Below are positions 37,398 through 47,683 of a stretch of DNA of 64,000 nucleotides, one piece after another. Every line of letters starts with the position of its first letter. The first letter of the stretch is position 1. The stretch lies in contig CBDEUM010000014.1 in the NCBI GenBank assembly GCA_965242925.1, forward strand, positions 160,001 to 224,000, in the 5' to 3' direction. The notes beneath the pieces were generated by a model that was given only the letters and a program-made list of their open reading frames with translations, did not search any database and had not been told where the DNA came from. Position numbers and translations under genes: made by a program. The stretch comes from Roseibacillus sp. GTDB taxonomy: Bacteria > Verrucomicrobiota > Verrucomicrobiia > Verrucomicrobiales > Akkermansiaceae.

Positions 37398-38588
37398 TCA
37401 ATCGTCCAGATCGACCATCGGGTCAACCTCCTGATCGTAGTCGACACCCGGAAATCCAAAGCCGAAAAGCTTGAGAAACTCTTCCTGGTAATTGTTGAAG
37501 TCCGTAATTTCCCGGAGGTTCCCGGAGGTCACCAGGGGCCAGATCTCCTTCACCCTTTCCTGGATGGCCGGATCCATCTCCCAGTCATCGATCCGGATGA
37601 GCCCCTTGTCATCGAATTGCGGCACGTTGTTGTTGTAGAGGTGCGTGGAAAAGAGCCGCTGGATCTGCTCGATCGTTCCCTCATGATTTCCCTTCTCCTT
37701 CATCACGCGATAGAGGATGGAGATGTAGAGCGGCACAACCGGGATAGCCGAGCTGGCCTGCGTCACCAGTGCCTTGTTGACAGAGACGTAGGCACCTCCA
37801 TCGCCGTTCGCCTTGAGCAGAGCATCGATTTGCCGGGCCGCATTCCGCAGGTCGATCTTGGCACGTCCCATCGTCCCGTTGGTGTAGACCGCCCAGGTCG
37901 CTTCCGGGCCTATATAGTCATATGCCACCGCAGTCGTACCCGGTGCCAGCACTCCCCCCTCGTTCAGAGCTTCCATCCAGAAGCTCCAGTCCTCGCCCCC
38001 CATCACTGCCACCGTGTCGGAGATTTCCTGCTCGGTGGCTGATTCAATGGTCACCTCGCTCACCATCCCCTGATCGGTATCCAACGTCTTGGAGGTGTAG
38101 TTCTGACCGATCGGTTTCAAGGTCGACTTGTGAATCTTGCCCGTGCGCGGATGCTCCCGCCGGGGCGCCGCCAGGCTGTAGACGACCAGATCGATCTGCC
38201 CGAAATCGGCCTTGATGGCCTCCACCACCTGCGTCTTCATTTCATTGGAATAGGCATCGCCGTTAAAGCTCCGTGCATAAAGGCCCTCCGCTCCAGCGGC
38301 CCGGTGAAAGGCGGCGGAATTGTACCATCCCGCCGTGGCACACTTTATCTCCTCGGGAGGACGCTCGAAAAAGACCCCCATCGTCCTGGCTCCGCTTCCG
38401 AAGGACGCCGTGATCCTGGACGCCAGGCCGTAGCCGGTGGAGGCGCCAATAACGAGAACGTTCCCTGGTCCGTTCTCAATGGCACCCCTCGCCTTCACGT
38501 AATCAATTTGTTCCTGCACGTGAGCAGCGCATCCCGTGGGATGGGCAGTGAGGCATACAAATCCCCGCACTCTCGGCTTGATGATCAT
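37398..38588 (-). CDS. fabV: Enoyl-ACP reductase FabV / trans-2-enoyl-CoA reductase
   Basis: MIIKPRVRGF.C.TAHP.GC, GASTGYGLASRI, YSLAAP, VMGGEDW, Y-x8-K (YTNGTMGRAK), KALVTQASSAIP. Confidence 0.95.
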   Translation of the reverse strand: MIIKPRVRGFVCLTAHPTGCAAHVQEQIDYVKARGAIENGPGNVLVIGASTGYGLASRITASFGSGARTMGVFFERPPEEIKCATAGWYNSAAFHRAAGAEGLYARSFNGDAYSNEMKTQVVEAIKADFGQIDLVVYSLAAPRREHPRTGKIHKSTLKPIGQNYTSKTLDTDQGMVSEVTIESATEQEISDTVAVMGGEDWSFWMEALNEGGVLAPGTTAVAYDYIGPEATWAVYTNGTMGRAKIDLRNAARQIDALLKANGDGGAYVSVNKALVTQASSAIPVVPLYISILYRVMKEKGNHEGTIEQIQRLFSTHLYNNNVPQFDDKGLIRIDDWEMDPAIQERVKEIWPLVTSGNLREITDFNNYQEEFLKLFGFGFPGVDYDQEVDPMVDLDD

Positions 38589-38725
38589 GAGGCGAACTCT
38601 CCGGACGCCACCCACGCCGGTCGAGCAAAACCTGTCCCTGCCGGTCATTTTGGATCCTGGTGGGTGGCCACTACCATACCATCAGGGACTAGACAGTCTT
38701 CTCAGCAGGATTCATACCCATTCCC

Positions 38726-39430
38726 GTGAATCTCACAGGAAAGCGTGCGGTCGTCTTTGGGGGCACTTCAGGGATCGGACTCGCTACAGTCCGGCAACTG
38801 GCCGCCGCAGGGGCAAAAGTTGTCGCCGCGAGCCGCTCCGCGGAAGAGCAGCCGCCACCCGCCGAGGGGGTGTTTCGGCGATCAGTGGATATCCTCGATC
38901 GAGAGGCCCTCACTGCCTTCTACAAAGAAGCCGACCCATTTGACCTGGTGGTGAACACTGCCGTGCCGGCCGGGCGGGAGCAGGGCCCCTTTCCCGGGAT
39001 GAACCTCGACGGCTTTCAGGCCACCTTCAACAAACTGTGGGGCTACGTGAACACGGTACACCTGGGGCTTCCCTATTTCACGGATCAGGCCTCCATCGTA
39101 CTGGTGAGCGGATTCCCGGCCCGCAAGTGCAAACCCGGGGCTTCCGCCATCTCGACGGTGGGCCACGCGGTGGAGGGGTTCGTGCGTGCCATTGCCCCCG
39201 AGATCGCCCCCAGGCGGATCAACATCGTGTCGCCCGGCATCATCGACACGCCCCTCTTCCCACAGCAAGGCGCGGAGCGGGAAGAGTTTTTCCAGAAAGC
39301 AGTCGGCGACCACGCCATTCCCCGCCCCGGCCGGGCCGAGGAGGTAGCACAGGCGATTCTCTTCCTCCTGCAGAACGACTTCACCACCGGCACCGTGGTC
39401 GACGTCGATGGTGGTGCCTCCTTACCCTGA
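38726..39430 (+). CDS. Short-chain dehydrogenase/reductase (atypical active site)
   Basis: GGTSGIG, RINIVSPGIIDTP, TGTVVDVDGG; no YxxxK at the expected position. Confidence 0.88.
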   Translation: MNLTGKRAVVFGGTSGIGLATVRQLAAAGAKVVAASRSAEEQPPPAEGVFRRSVDILDREALTAFYKEADPFDLVVNTAVPAGREQGPFPGMNLDGFQATFNKLWGYVNTVHLGLPYFTDQASIVLVSGFPARKCKPGASAISTVGHAVEGFVRAIAPEIAPRRINIVSPGIIDTPLFPQQGAEREEFFQKAVGDHAIPRPGRAEEVAQAILFLLQNDFTTGTVVDVDGGASLP

Positions 39431-39527
39431 CCTGCTGCAGGGTCTTCTCTGCACCCATGCTAGGACACATGCCAGCGGACCGCGGTTCCTCCCGCCCGAT
39501 CGTCACCGCCTTCCCTGGAGCAGGACT

Positions 39528-40604
39528 CTACCGCTGCACCCGGGCATTGCCCTTCCAGATACTCCAGACCTGGTCTTCGTCGGCGGGCTGGCCATAGTCG
39601 GTGAGAAGGGTCGCGGCCAATGCTCCGCTGGCCCAGCCGAACTGGGCACACTTCTCACCTTCCCAGCCGCGCAGGATGCCATACAGCAGTCCGCCCACGA
39701 AACCGTCTCCGCCGCCAATCCGGTCGAGGACCCCGATCTCACGGGGCTCAATAACGTGCCAGTCATCTCCGTCGGCCACGATGCCGCCCCATTCGTGCAG
39801 GTTCACGCTGATCACTTCCCGGAGGGTAGTGGCGTAGACCGAGGCGTTGGGGAACTGCTCCTTCACCCGGTTGATCATCTCCTTGAAACTGTCGATCTTG
39901 CCGGCGATATCCTCGCCTCCGGCTTCCGGCCCTTCCACTCCGAGACAGAGCTGGAAATCCTCCTCGTTTCCGACAAGGACATCCGCAAGGGTCCCAATTT
40001 CGTGAAAAGCTTCACTCAGTTCCTCCTCCCGTCCCTTCCAGAAGGTGGCCCGATGATTGAGGTCGAAGGAGATCTTGGTGTCGTATTTCTTGGCCGAGCG
40101 GGCCACATCCAGGCAGAACTGGGTCGAGTCTGGCGAGAGCGCAGCGATCAGGCCCGACATGTGGACGATCTGGGCACCCTCTTCTCCGAAGATCCGCTCA
40201 AGGTCGAAATCCCCGGCCTTGAGGTCGCAACCTACTTCCCCAGCCCGGTCATTCCAGACCCGGGGTCCACGCGAGCCCGTCCCGCTGTCCGCCATGTTGA
40301 TCTGGTGCCGATAACCCCAGGGACCGCCTTGCTCGATATCAGGCCCCTCGTAGTCCATATGGCGACCGGCCAGGTTGTCCTTGATGAAGCGGGAAACCGG
40401 GCTGTCCTTGATGAACGCGGTCAGAATCTTGACCGGGAGTCCGAGATAGGAGGAGACGCTGCCCACATTGGATTCCGCACTGCTGGCGGTCAGTACGAAG
40501 TTGTCCGAACAGTGAAAGGGCTGACCGTTCACCGGGGTGAGGCGTGTTCCCATCGAGGTGGGAATCACCATCGCATACTTGCAGTCGGGCTTGAGGGCGA
40601 TCAT
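39528..40604 (-). CDS. PfkB-family sugar kinase (2-keto-3-deoxygluconate kinase-like)
   Basis: AESNV, SFDLNHRATFW, GNEEDF, DRIGGGDGFVGG anion-hole motif. Confidence 0.88.
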   Translation of the reverse strand: MIALKPDCKYAMVIPTSMGTRLTPVNGQPFHCSDNFVLTASSAESNVGSVSSYLGLPVKILTAFIKDSPVSRFIKDNLAGRHMDYEGPDIEQGGPWGYRHQINMADSGTGSRGPRVWNDRAGEVGCDLKAGDFDLERIFGEEGAQIVHMSGLIAALSPDSTQFCLDVARSAKKYDTKISFDLNHRATFWKGREEELSEAFHEIGTLADVLVGNEEDFQLCLGVEGPEAGGEDIAGKIDSFKEMINRVKEQFPNASVYATTLREVISVNLHEWGGIVADGDDWHVIEPREIGVLDRIGGGDGFVGGLLYGILRGWEGEKCAQFGWASGALAATLLTDYGQPADEDQVWSIWKGNARVQR

Positions 40605-41230
40605 GGCGTAAGGTGGCAATAAGGTTGTTCGCTAGGTGTCGGGCAGGTAGCAGGATTGCCCGGCCACGGCAAGCCCTACACGGCGCTCCGCCTGGACCAG
40701 AAAGAAGGCCCGGCCAAAGAGAGTCACTGCCTTGGTGCCCGGTCGCTCTTGCAGAACACCCGATGCCATCAGCTCCGCTCCCCACCCGGACCACCTCATG
40801 AACGGCAAAACCACCAGCGATCGGGGTAAGCCGAGATGTGCGGCGTGACAGATCGACCGGACCTGACCTGATCGCCGTTCATGATTGATACCGTAAAGCC
40901 CCCCCGGGCACTGCCTTCTGAAACAAACTTGAATGGAAGATTCTCCGGGAAATTCATTCAGATATCCTAACTACCAAGGGAGCCTTCTCCATCCACTTCA
41001 TTTACCATCATCCATTGAGCTGAAGTTGTTGCCAAGTTATCCGCCGGTCCTCCATGGCCATCGCTCTTTCGTGTGTCCCCTTTTCGTAAATTTCTAGCTT
41101 GTTGGATTCCGGATCTTTGGTTGTAGATCACCCCTGACCAATTCTCATGGGCTTACCCGGCGCCAAAGGCGGACACCCATGAATTTCCTCCGGGGACCAC
41201 AATACAACGAAGCTCACCAGACGGTAAACC

Positions 41231-42370
41231 ATGGCAAAAAAAACAACCAAGAAGAAGAATACGGCAAAACGTTCCAGTGATGTAGCAGCCGCGGAGAAAT
41301 TGGCGGCAACTGCAAAAAAATCGATCATCAAACCCGATCAGGATGGTGCAATCGACGACGTAGCCGCAGTCAAGAAACTCAATGATGCCCGCGACGCGAT
41401 CGTGGCCGAATTGCGCAAGAGCATCGTGGGGATGGACCAAGTCATCGACGAAGTTCTCATTGCCATCTTTTCCCGCGGACACGGGCTTCTCGAAGGGGTT
41501 CCCGGACTGGCAAAGACCCTTCTGGTCAGCTCCATCGCCAAAACGCTTTCCCTCTCCTTCAAGCGGATCCAGTTCACCCCGGACCTGATGCCTTCTGACA
41601 TCACGGGCAGTGAACTCCTCCAGGACGACCCGGAGACCCGGGAGCGCAAGTTCATGTTCACCAAGGGACCGATCTTCTCCAACCTCGTCCTCGCGGACGA
41701 AATCAACCGGACACCCCCCAAGACCCAGGCAGCCCTTCTTGAGGCCATGCAGGAAAAAATGGTGTCTGCTGGCGGTGATGACTACGTTCTCGATGCCCCA
41801 TTCTTCGTACTGGCCACCCAGAACCCCCTTGAGCAGGAAGGAACCTATGCTCTTCCGGAAGCCCAGCTTGACCGGTTCATGTTCAAGATCCATGTGAGCT
41901 ATCCATCCCAGCAGGAGGAAATCGACATCATGCGCAGCGTAACCGGCAGCGGTGGTGGCTCCCCCCAGCAAGTGATTGGCAAGGAGGACATCCTTGCCCT
42001 GCAGGATCTCGTCACCCGGGTTCCCGTCGCGGACCACATCTTCCAGTATGTTGCCGCACTCGTCCGGGCCACCCGGCCCGCCGAGGACAACGCTCCCGGA
42101 TTCGTCAAGGACTTCGTCTCCTGGGGTTGTGGCCCAAGGGCCTGCCTGAACCTGATCACCGGTGCCAAGGCCCGGGCTATCCTGCGCGGGCGCTTCGGCG
42201 CGTCTCTTGAAGACGTTCAGGCCCTCGCCGGCCCCGTTATGCGCCACCGCATGGGACTCAACTTCGCGGCTCAGGCCGAGGGTGTTGATGCCGATCACGT
42301 CATCGGTCGTCTCCTTGAGGAGATCCCCAGCGACAAGGAACTCTACGAGAAGACAGCGGCCTCAGCCTGA
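41231..42370 (+). CDS. moxR: MoxR-family AAA+ ATPase
   Basis: Walker A GVPGLAKT, RIQFTPDLMPSD, Walker B LADEINRTPPKTQAALLEAM, ATQNPLEQEGTY.LPEAQLDRF. Confidence 0.96.
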   Translation: MAKKTTKKKNTAKRSSDVAAAEKLAATAKKSIIKPDQDGAIDDVAAVKKLNDARDAIVAELRKSIVGMDQVIDEVLIAIFSRGHGLLEGVPGLAKTLLVSSIAKTLSLSFKRIQFTPDLMPSDITGSELLQDDPETRERKFMFTKGPIFSNLVLADEINRTPPKTQAALLEAMQEKMVSAGGDDYVLDAPFFVLATQNPLEQEGTYALPEAQLDRFMFKIHVSYPSQQEEIDIMRSVTGSGGGSPQQVIGKEDILALQDLVTRVPVADHIFQYVAALVRATRPAEDNAPGFVKDFVSWGCGPRACLNLITGAKARAILRGRFGASLEDVQALAGPVMRHRMGLNFAAQAEGVDADHVIGRLLEEIPSDKELYEKTAASA

Positions 42371-42403
42371 TCCAATCCGGTCGGCCGGCTGCCCACCCCG
42401 GCT

Positions 42404-42446
42404 CTCATCTTCCTCCCCCTGCCCAATCGCCCGGGGGAGGGATGAG
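42404..42446 (+). other. Intra-operon stem-loop between moxR and the DUF58 gene
   Basis: Inverted repeat ctcatcttcctccccc / gggggagggatgag. Confidence 0.45.
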
Positions 42447-42559
42447 GCTTCCCGGAAGCACTGAGCAGAGCCCGCCACGGCAGGTGAAACGAATTCATGC
42501 CGAACCGGCCAACGTAAAGAAAAACGAGAAAGCAGCGAAACGCTCTCTCAGCACCAGAC

Positions 42560-43513
42560 ATGCCTGAAGCGACCACTCCATCCAGCGAGCCCTCCCCGGA
42601 GGTCTCCAACAAGCCACGCGGCCCCAAGTATCTCGATCCGGAAACCCTGTCCCAGATTGGCTCCCTCGAGGTCGTGGCGCGCCGGGTTGTGGAAGGGCTG
42701 AGAATCGGCCAGCACAAGAGCCCCAGCCGGGGCATCAGCTCGGAATTCACCGCATACCGGCAGTATTCCCAGGGCGATGAGACACGCAACATCGACTGGA
42801 AAGCCTACGCCCGCTGTGACCGGTATTACATCAAACTCTTCGAGGCGGAGACCAATTTCATCTCCAACATGCTCCTCGATGCGAGTCAGTCGATGACCTA
42901 CCAGTCCGGCAGGATCTCGAAGATCGAATACGCCAAATACCTGGCGGCCTGCCTGTCCTATCTCGTCATCGACCAGGGAGACTCTGCCGGGATCGGCATC
43001 TTCGACGGGAAACTGCAGAACTACATTGCCCCCAAGAGTCACATGGGGGTCCTCCATGACATCTCTGCAGAACTGGAGAAGGTCAATCCCGTCCCGCGCA
43101 CCAACGTGGGCGCGGTCCTCCATGACTTCGCCCACCGCATGACCCGACGGGGCTTCGTGATGCTTTTTTCCGACCTCTTCGATAACACCGAGGAGTTCAT
43201 CGAAGGACTCAACCATCTCCGTTACGGGGGACATAACGTCATCCTGTGGCACATCATGGACCCCTACGAGATCGAGTTCCCACTCAACGGCATGTGGAAA
43301 TTCATGGGGCTGGAGGGCGAAGGCGAAGTCATTACCCAGCCCGGAAGGGTCCGGTCCAACTACCTTGAGGAACTCGAAAAATTCGTCACCGACATCAAGA
43401 AGGCCTGCAACAAGGTCGGCGTCGAACACGTGCTGGTAAACACCAAGACCCCCATCGAGCAGACCATCAGCAACTATCTCCTCCAGCGCTCCGCGCTGGC
43501 CAAGGCTAAATAA
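42560..43513 (+). CDS. DUF58 (VWA-like) MoxR-associated protein
   Basis: G.HKSP.RG.S.EF..YRQY..GDE.R.IDWK.YAR; DASQSM MIDAS; follows moxR. Confidence 0.93.
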   Translation: MPEATTPSSEPSPEVSNKPRGPKYLDPETLSQIGSLEVVARRVVEGLRIGQHKSPSRGISSEFTAYRQYSQGDETRNIDWKAYARCDRYYIKLFEAETNFISNMLLDASQSMTYQSGRISKIEYAKYLAACLSYLVIDQGDSAGIGIFDGKLQNYIAPKSHMGVLHDISAELEKVNPVPRTNVGAVLHDFAHRMTRRGFVMLFSDLFDNTEEFIEGLNHLRYGGHNVILWHIMDPYEIEFPLNGMWKFMGLEGEGEVITQPGRVRSNYLEELEKFVTDIKKACNKVGVEHVLVNTKTPIEQTISNYLLQRSALAKAK

Positions 43514-43538
43514 TAATACCAGGCCCGCAGGAAGAATC

Positions 43539-45419
43539 ATGACGACGTTATCCCTCTCCACAGTGACCCGGACCCTCGCTTGCCTCACGGCGGCGGCGTT
43601 TCCGGTCCTGGCCCGGGGAGAAGCCGTCGTGATCAGCTCCGAGAATCACCCAGCTCTCCAGCGGGCCCTGAGCGAGACTCCCCAAGCCGACAAGGATACC
43701 AACGGGCAACTCTCCCTTGAGGAGTATGTGGAACTCCTGCCTCAGCAGCGCCCCAATGACCCCGAGAATCCCAAGGCCCCGCTCCTCCCGGTGCGCCCCA
43801 ATGGGGACCTTGTGATCCACGAGTTCGAGGACAACAATCTCGGACAGAACCCCAAGTGGAGTCCGGTCCATGCTACGCCTGTCAAGGACAGCACACTGGG
43901 CAATCTCGGCGGAAACTGGCAGAGGGAGGGAGATGCCTTCAACCGGGATCTCCAGTCCGGGACCAAGATGATGAGGCGCCGCGTCGGCCCGTTCGAAGGA
44001 AAGCTCTTCCTCACCACCATCGGCAACAGCCAACGAGCCGTTGGAAGCCTCCGTTCTCCCATCTTCCTGATCGAGCAGGACTACATTCTCATCCGGATGA
44101 GCGGAGGCGGCCACCCGGGGCGGGTCTGCCTCAATCTGCACACCAGCCAGGGCATTGTTCGCAGTGCCACCGGCCACAACGACGACTATTTTGAAAACGT
44201 CGCGATGGATGTCCGGGAGTTCCGCGGGCAATTCGTACGCCTTGAACTGCTCGATCAGCACCGGGGGATCTGGGGCCATCTCAACGTGGACGAGATTCTC
44301 ATGACCTCCAAACACGAAGAGGCCCGGGTGGTTAACAAGCGTCCCCCGCCACCCATTCCCACCGGCGGACTGATCGTCTCCGGGGGCGGCCGCGACCAGG
44401 GAGTGCTCAAACTGGAGAACGGTCAACTCTCCTGCGAGGACAAGCCCCTCGTCGGCGAAGCCTTCCTCGCGATCAACCCCATGCCGGAAAACGCCCCCCG
44501 GTTACCCGGCTCCGTTCACCTTCTGAATGGCGAGGTCTGGAACGCCGAGGTTCTCACCGTCGAAGGCGCAGGCCGGAAAAAAATCCTCAACATCCGAAGC
44601 CAGATTTTCGGCGCTCAGAAGATTCCGCTTTCCACCCTCTCCAGCATGGAGTTCGTGGCCGGGGCCCCCGGCGACCCGCGGGAACCGGGCACCTTCTACC
44701 GCAAGGATGGCGAGCCCCTTCCCGGCAGCCTGATCTGGGTCCGAGCCAAGGATATCGCCATCCGCTCCCCCCTCGGCGTGATTCCGGTCCCCCGTGCAGC
44801 GGCCCTGCGCTTCGTTCTGGCAAGGCCGCAGCCACCGGCCCAGAGATCCGGTGACGAGATCGGCCTGACAGACGGCAGCCTGCTCTTCGGCACCACCAGC
44901 TTCGAAGGCAACCAGCTTCTCATCCAGCATGAAACCCTTGGAGAGCTGAAGCTGGCATGGAACGCCGTCCACTACCTGCGACGCAACCTTCCCGGACTCA
45001 CCTGGCTCGATAACGTCCCGCGAACCGTCATGGAAGCCATTGGCCCGGCTCTCCCCCCCCCCGCCCCCAGGCTCTCCACCAAGGTCAATGAGAGCCACGC
45101 GCGCTCCCTGCGCATCATGCCCCATACCGTTCTCCGGTTCGCTCTTCCCGCCCCGCACGGTCCAGCCCTCTTCCGGGGCCAGCTCCACCCCGTTCCCGGC
45201 AACCGGGCCCGGTTGGAAGTCACCGTCCTCGATGGAGACTCCCCCGTCTGGTCAAGCAAGGTCGAAACCGCCAGCGGTCCCATCCCCCTCGCCCTCAGCC
45301 TCCCCGGAGGCGAGGAACTGACCATCAAGGTCGCATTTGACGGCCCCCTGACCTTCCCCTGCGGGGTGGACCTGCGGGACGCACACGTGATCCGGACAAC
45401 CAATCTCAAACCCGAATAA
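43539..45419 (+). CDS. Secreted protein with an EF-hand, a GH32-associated-type beta-sandwich and a C-terminal NPCBM-like domain
   Basis: Signal peptide; DKDTNGQLSLEE EF-hand; GSLRSP.F.I...GG.H...VRSATG...LLD...WGHLNVD; C-terminal W.S...P..L.L.GGEEL.I.V...LRDAHV. Confidence 0.6.
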   Translation: MTTLSLSTVTRTLACLTAAAFPVLARGEAVVISSENHPALQRALSETPQADKDTNGQLSLEEYVELLPQQRPNDPENPKAPLLPVRPNGDLVIHEFEDNNLGQNPKWSPVHATPVKDSTLGNLGGNWQREGDAFNRDLQSGTKMMRRRVGPFEGKLFLTTIGNSQRAVGSLRSPIFLIEQDYILIRMSGGGHPGRVCLNLHTSQGIVRSATGHNDDYFENVAMDVREFRGQFVRLELLDQHRGIWGHLNVDEILMTSKHEEARVVNKRPPPPIPTGGLIVSGGGRDQGVLKLENGQLSCEDKPLVGEAFLAINPMPENAPRLPGSVHLLNGEVWNAEVLTVEGAGRKKILNIRSQIFGAQKIPLSTLSSMEFVAGAPGDPREPGTFYRKDGEPLPGSLIWVRAKDIAIRSPLGVIPVPRAAALRFVLARPQPPAQRSGDEIGLTDGSLLFGTTSFEGNQLLIQHETLGELKLAWNAVHYLRRNLPGLTWLDNVPRTVMEAIGPALPPPAPRLSTKVNESHARSLRIMPHTVLRFALPAPHGPALFRGQLHPVPGNRARLEVTVLDGDSPVWSSKVETASGPIPLALSLPGGEELTIKVAFDGPLTFPCGVDLRDAHVIRTTNLKPE

Positions 45420-45431
45420 GGACTCAACCTC

Positions 45432-47642
45432 ATGGGAACACTCAATTCACTCGGACTGTGGTCAATCATCGGCGCACTGGGCATCGCAGTGCCAATCATC
45501 ATCCACCTCCTCTACCGGAAGCACCGCCGCCAAACGGACTGGGCTGCCATGGAGCTGTTGCGCAGGGCCCTCGTAACCCGTTCCGGCCAGGTCAAGATCG
45601 AGGACCTGATCATTCTGCTCCTGCGCTGCCTCGCCCTTGCCCTCCTGGCCCTTGCCCTGCTGCGCGTTACCCTGGACTCCAACTCCGTTCTCGCCGACGA
45701 AAAGATCGGAATGGTGGTGGCCATCGATGCCTCCTACAGCATGAACCACGGCGAGTTTTCCCGCTTCGACAGCGCAATCGACAAGGCCCGTGAAATCTTT
45801 GGACAAACTGCCAAGGAGGGGGACCCCGTGAGCCTCGTGCTCATGAGCAGCCGCCCCGAGGTTCTCCTGCGCAGTGCCCGGTATGATCCCGCCACGGTGA
45901 CAGAGATCCTCGATGGACTCGATTCAGCGGGACCGAATTCCCTGAACCTGGAGACCAACATCGAGCTCCTCGATGAGCTGGTAAAAGAGCTGAAGACTCC
46001 CGGGAAAGAGTGCTTCCTGATCACTGATTCGCAGGAAATGGACTGGGCTGAACTCCCCCAGCGGACCCGGAATACCCTTGAGCAGCTGCAGGAAGAGAAA
46101 AATGTCAACATCTTCATCGTTCCCGCCAGCAATGAGGGAGAAGACAACCTCGCCATCGAAAGCCTCAACTACACCTGGGGCTCGCTGCGGAAATCAGGTG
46201 AAGCCCGCTTCACCGCCCTCGTCCGTAATACCGGACGCAGTTCCGAGGAAGGAGCAACCCTTGAGTTCTCGGTCGACGGGAACCTGACCAAGCGGGTGGC
46301 GGTCGGCAGCCTCGCTGCCGGTGAGTCCCGCCCTCTTGAGTTCACCACCCAGTTTGACAAGGCCGGTGATGTCACCCTGCAAGCGGAACTGAGCAAGGAC
46401 GACCTTGCCGACGATAACGTCCGCCATGCTGTTGCCCGTATCCGCCCCGGCATCCGGGTCCTCTTCCTTGAGGGAGATATCGAGAACACCGCAGGAAATC
46501 GCGGTGGCAGCTACTACGCGAAGGCGGCCCTGCGCCCCCAGGACAGCGACAGTGAGGAAGGAGTGGTTGTCAACGAAATCGATCCGGCCGATTTCGGCCT
46601 TGAGAAACTCAATGCCTTCGATGTCGTGATCATGAACAACGTGCTCTCGGTCTCCTCCGACACGGCCAAGCGCCTCAAGCGTTTCGTCAACGAAGGCGGG
46701 GGGCTCATTGTCTTCGCTGGCGACCGGGTGGAGGCCTCGGAATACAATCAGAGTCTCGGCGATGGCGAGGGTGGGGAAGGAATTCTTCCTGCCCAGCTTG
46801 GCGCAATTGCGACCAGCGAGAACGAAGAAGGCTGGGCCCTCGAAGCCTCCAAGTCCGGCCACCTTCTCGCCCGCCTCACCGCCCGCTACCCGGAAAAGCT
46901 TCTTGATGCCATCCGTATCACGAGACAGATCGAGGCCACCCCGGCAGAAAACAGCGAAACTCTCATCACTTCCCAGTCAGGAAACCCCGTTCTCCTGAGC
47001 CGTTCCACCGGATCCGGCACCGTTCTCCTTTTCACCACTACCGCCAACCAGCGCTGGAACAACCTCCCACGCGAGCCACTCTATGCCATCCTGCTCCAGC
47101 AGGCCGTCACCATGCTCACCAGTGATCCCGGTCGCCTGCAGCTCACGGTGGGCACAGATGCTTCTCTCCCCTTGGCCAAGAGAGAAGCGGGAGAATTTGT
47201 CGCCCTCCGCACCCCGGGTGCTGAGAATGCTGAAGACGTCAGGGTCACCCAGGACGGCGACCAGCTGGTGGCTGAAGTCTCCCTGACCGAGCACGGCATC
47301 TACGAGATCGAAGCCGAGGACGATAAACCCGGAATGGTGGTTGCGGCCAACGTCAATGCCCGTGAATCCAACGTCCGGGTGGTCGAAGGTGCCGCGCTTG
47401 CCAATAGCCTGGACGACACCGGGGTCAAGGTTCTCAACCGGGCCGGCTCCATGGCTGATGCCATCCAGGCTGAACGCCGGGGAAGCGAGTTGTCCAGCCG
47501 TCTGCTCCTCGCCGCCATAATCGCCTTCATCCTGCAGAGCATCCTCGCCCGGCGCTTCACCAACCGCATCAACCGGGAGGATACAACGGACCTTTCCACC
47601 ATCCTGCAAATGAGCCAGGTCGCCGCCGCCCGCCGCAGCTAA
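45432..47642 (+). CDS. BatA-like N-terminus + VWA + CARDB + GATase-like membrane protein
   Basis: AVPIIIHLL.RK....DWAAME.L and LLLRCLAL (BatA double-TM); IDASYSM MIDAS; LITDSQ; DDLADDN; GGGLIVFAGD; C-terminal TM. Confidence 0.88.
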   Translation: MGTLNSLGLWSIIGALGIAVPIIIHLLYRKHRRQTDWAAMELLRRALVTRSGQVKIEDLIILLLRCLALALLALALLRVTLDSNSVLADEKIGMVVAIDASYSMNHGEFSRFDSAIDKAREIFGQTAKEGDPVSLVLMSSRPEVLLRSARYDPATVTEILDGLDSAGPNSLNLETNIELLDELVKELKTPGKECFLITDSQEMDWAELPQRTRNTLEQLQEEKNVNIFIVPASNEGEDNLAIESLNYTWGSLRKSGEARFTALVRNTGRSSEEGATLEFSVDGNLTKRVAVGSLAAGESRPLEFTTQFDKAGDVTLQAELSKDDLADDNVRHAVARIRPGIRVLFLEGDIENTAGNRGGSYYAKAALRPQDSDSEEGVVVNEIDPADFGLEKLNAFDVVIMNNVLSVSSDTAKRLKRFVNEGGGLIVFAGDRVEASEYNQSLGDGEGGEGILPAQLGAIATSENEEGWALEASKSGHLLARLTARYPEKLLDAIRITRQIEATPAENSETLITSQSGNPVLLSRSTGSGTVLLFTTTANQRWNNLPREPLYAILLQQAVTMLTSDPGRLQLTVGTDASLPLAKREAGEFVALRTPGAENAEDVRVTQDGDQLVAEVSLTEHGIYEIEAEDDKPGMVVAANVNARESNVRVVEGAALANSLDDTGVKVLNRAGSMADAIQAERRGSELSSRLLLAAIIAFILQSILARRFTNRINREDTTDLSTILQMSQVAAARRS

Positions 47643-47683
47643 CCAGTTCCAACCCGAAGTCAACCACTACTGCCCCTCACGCC

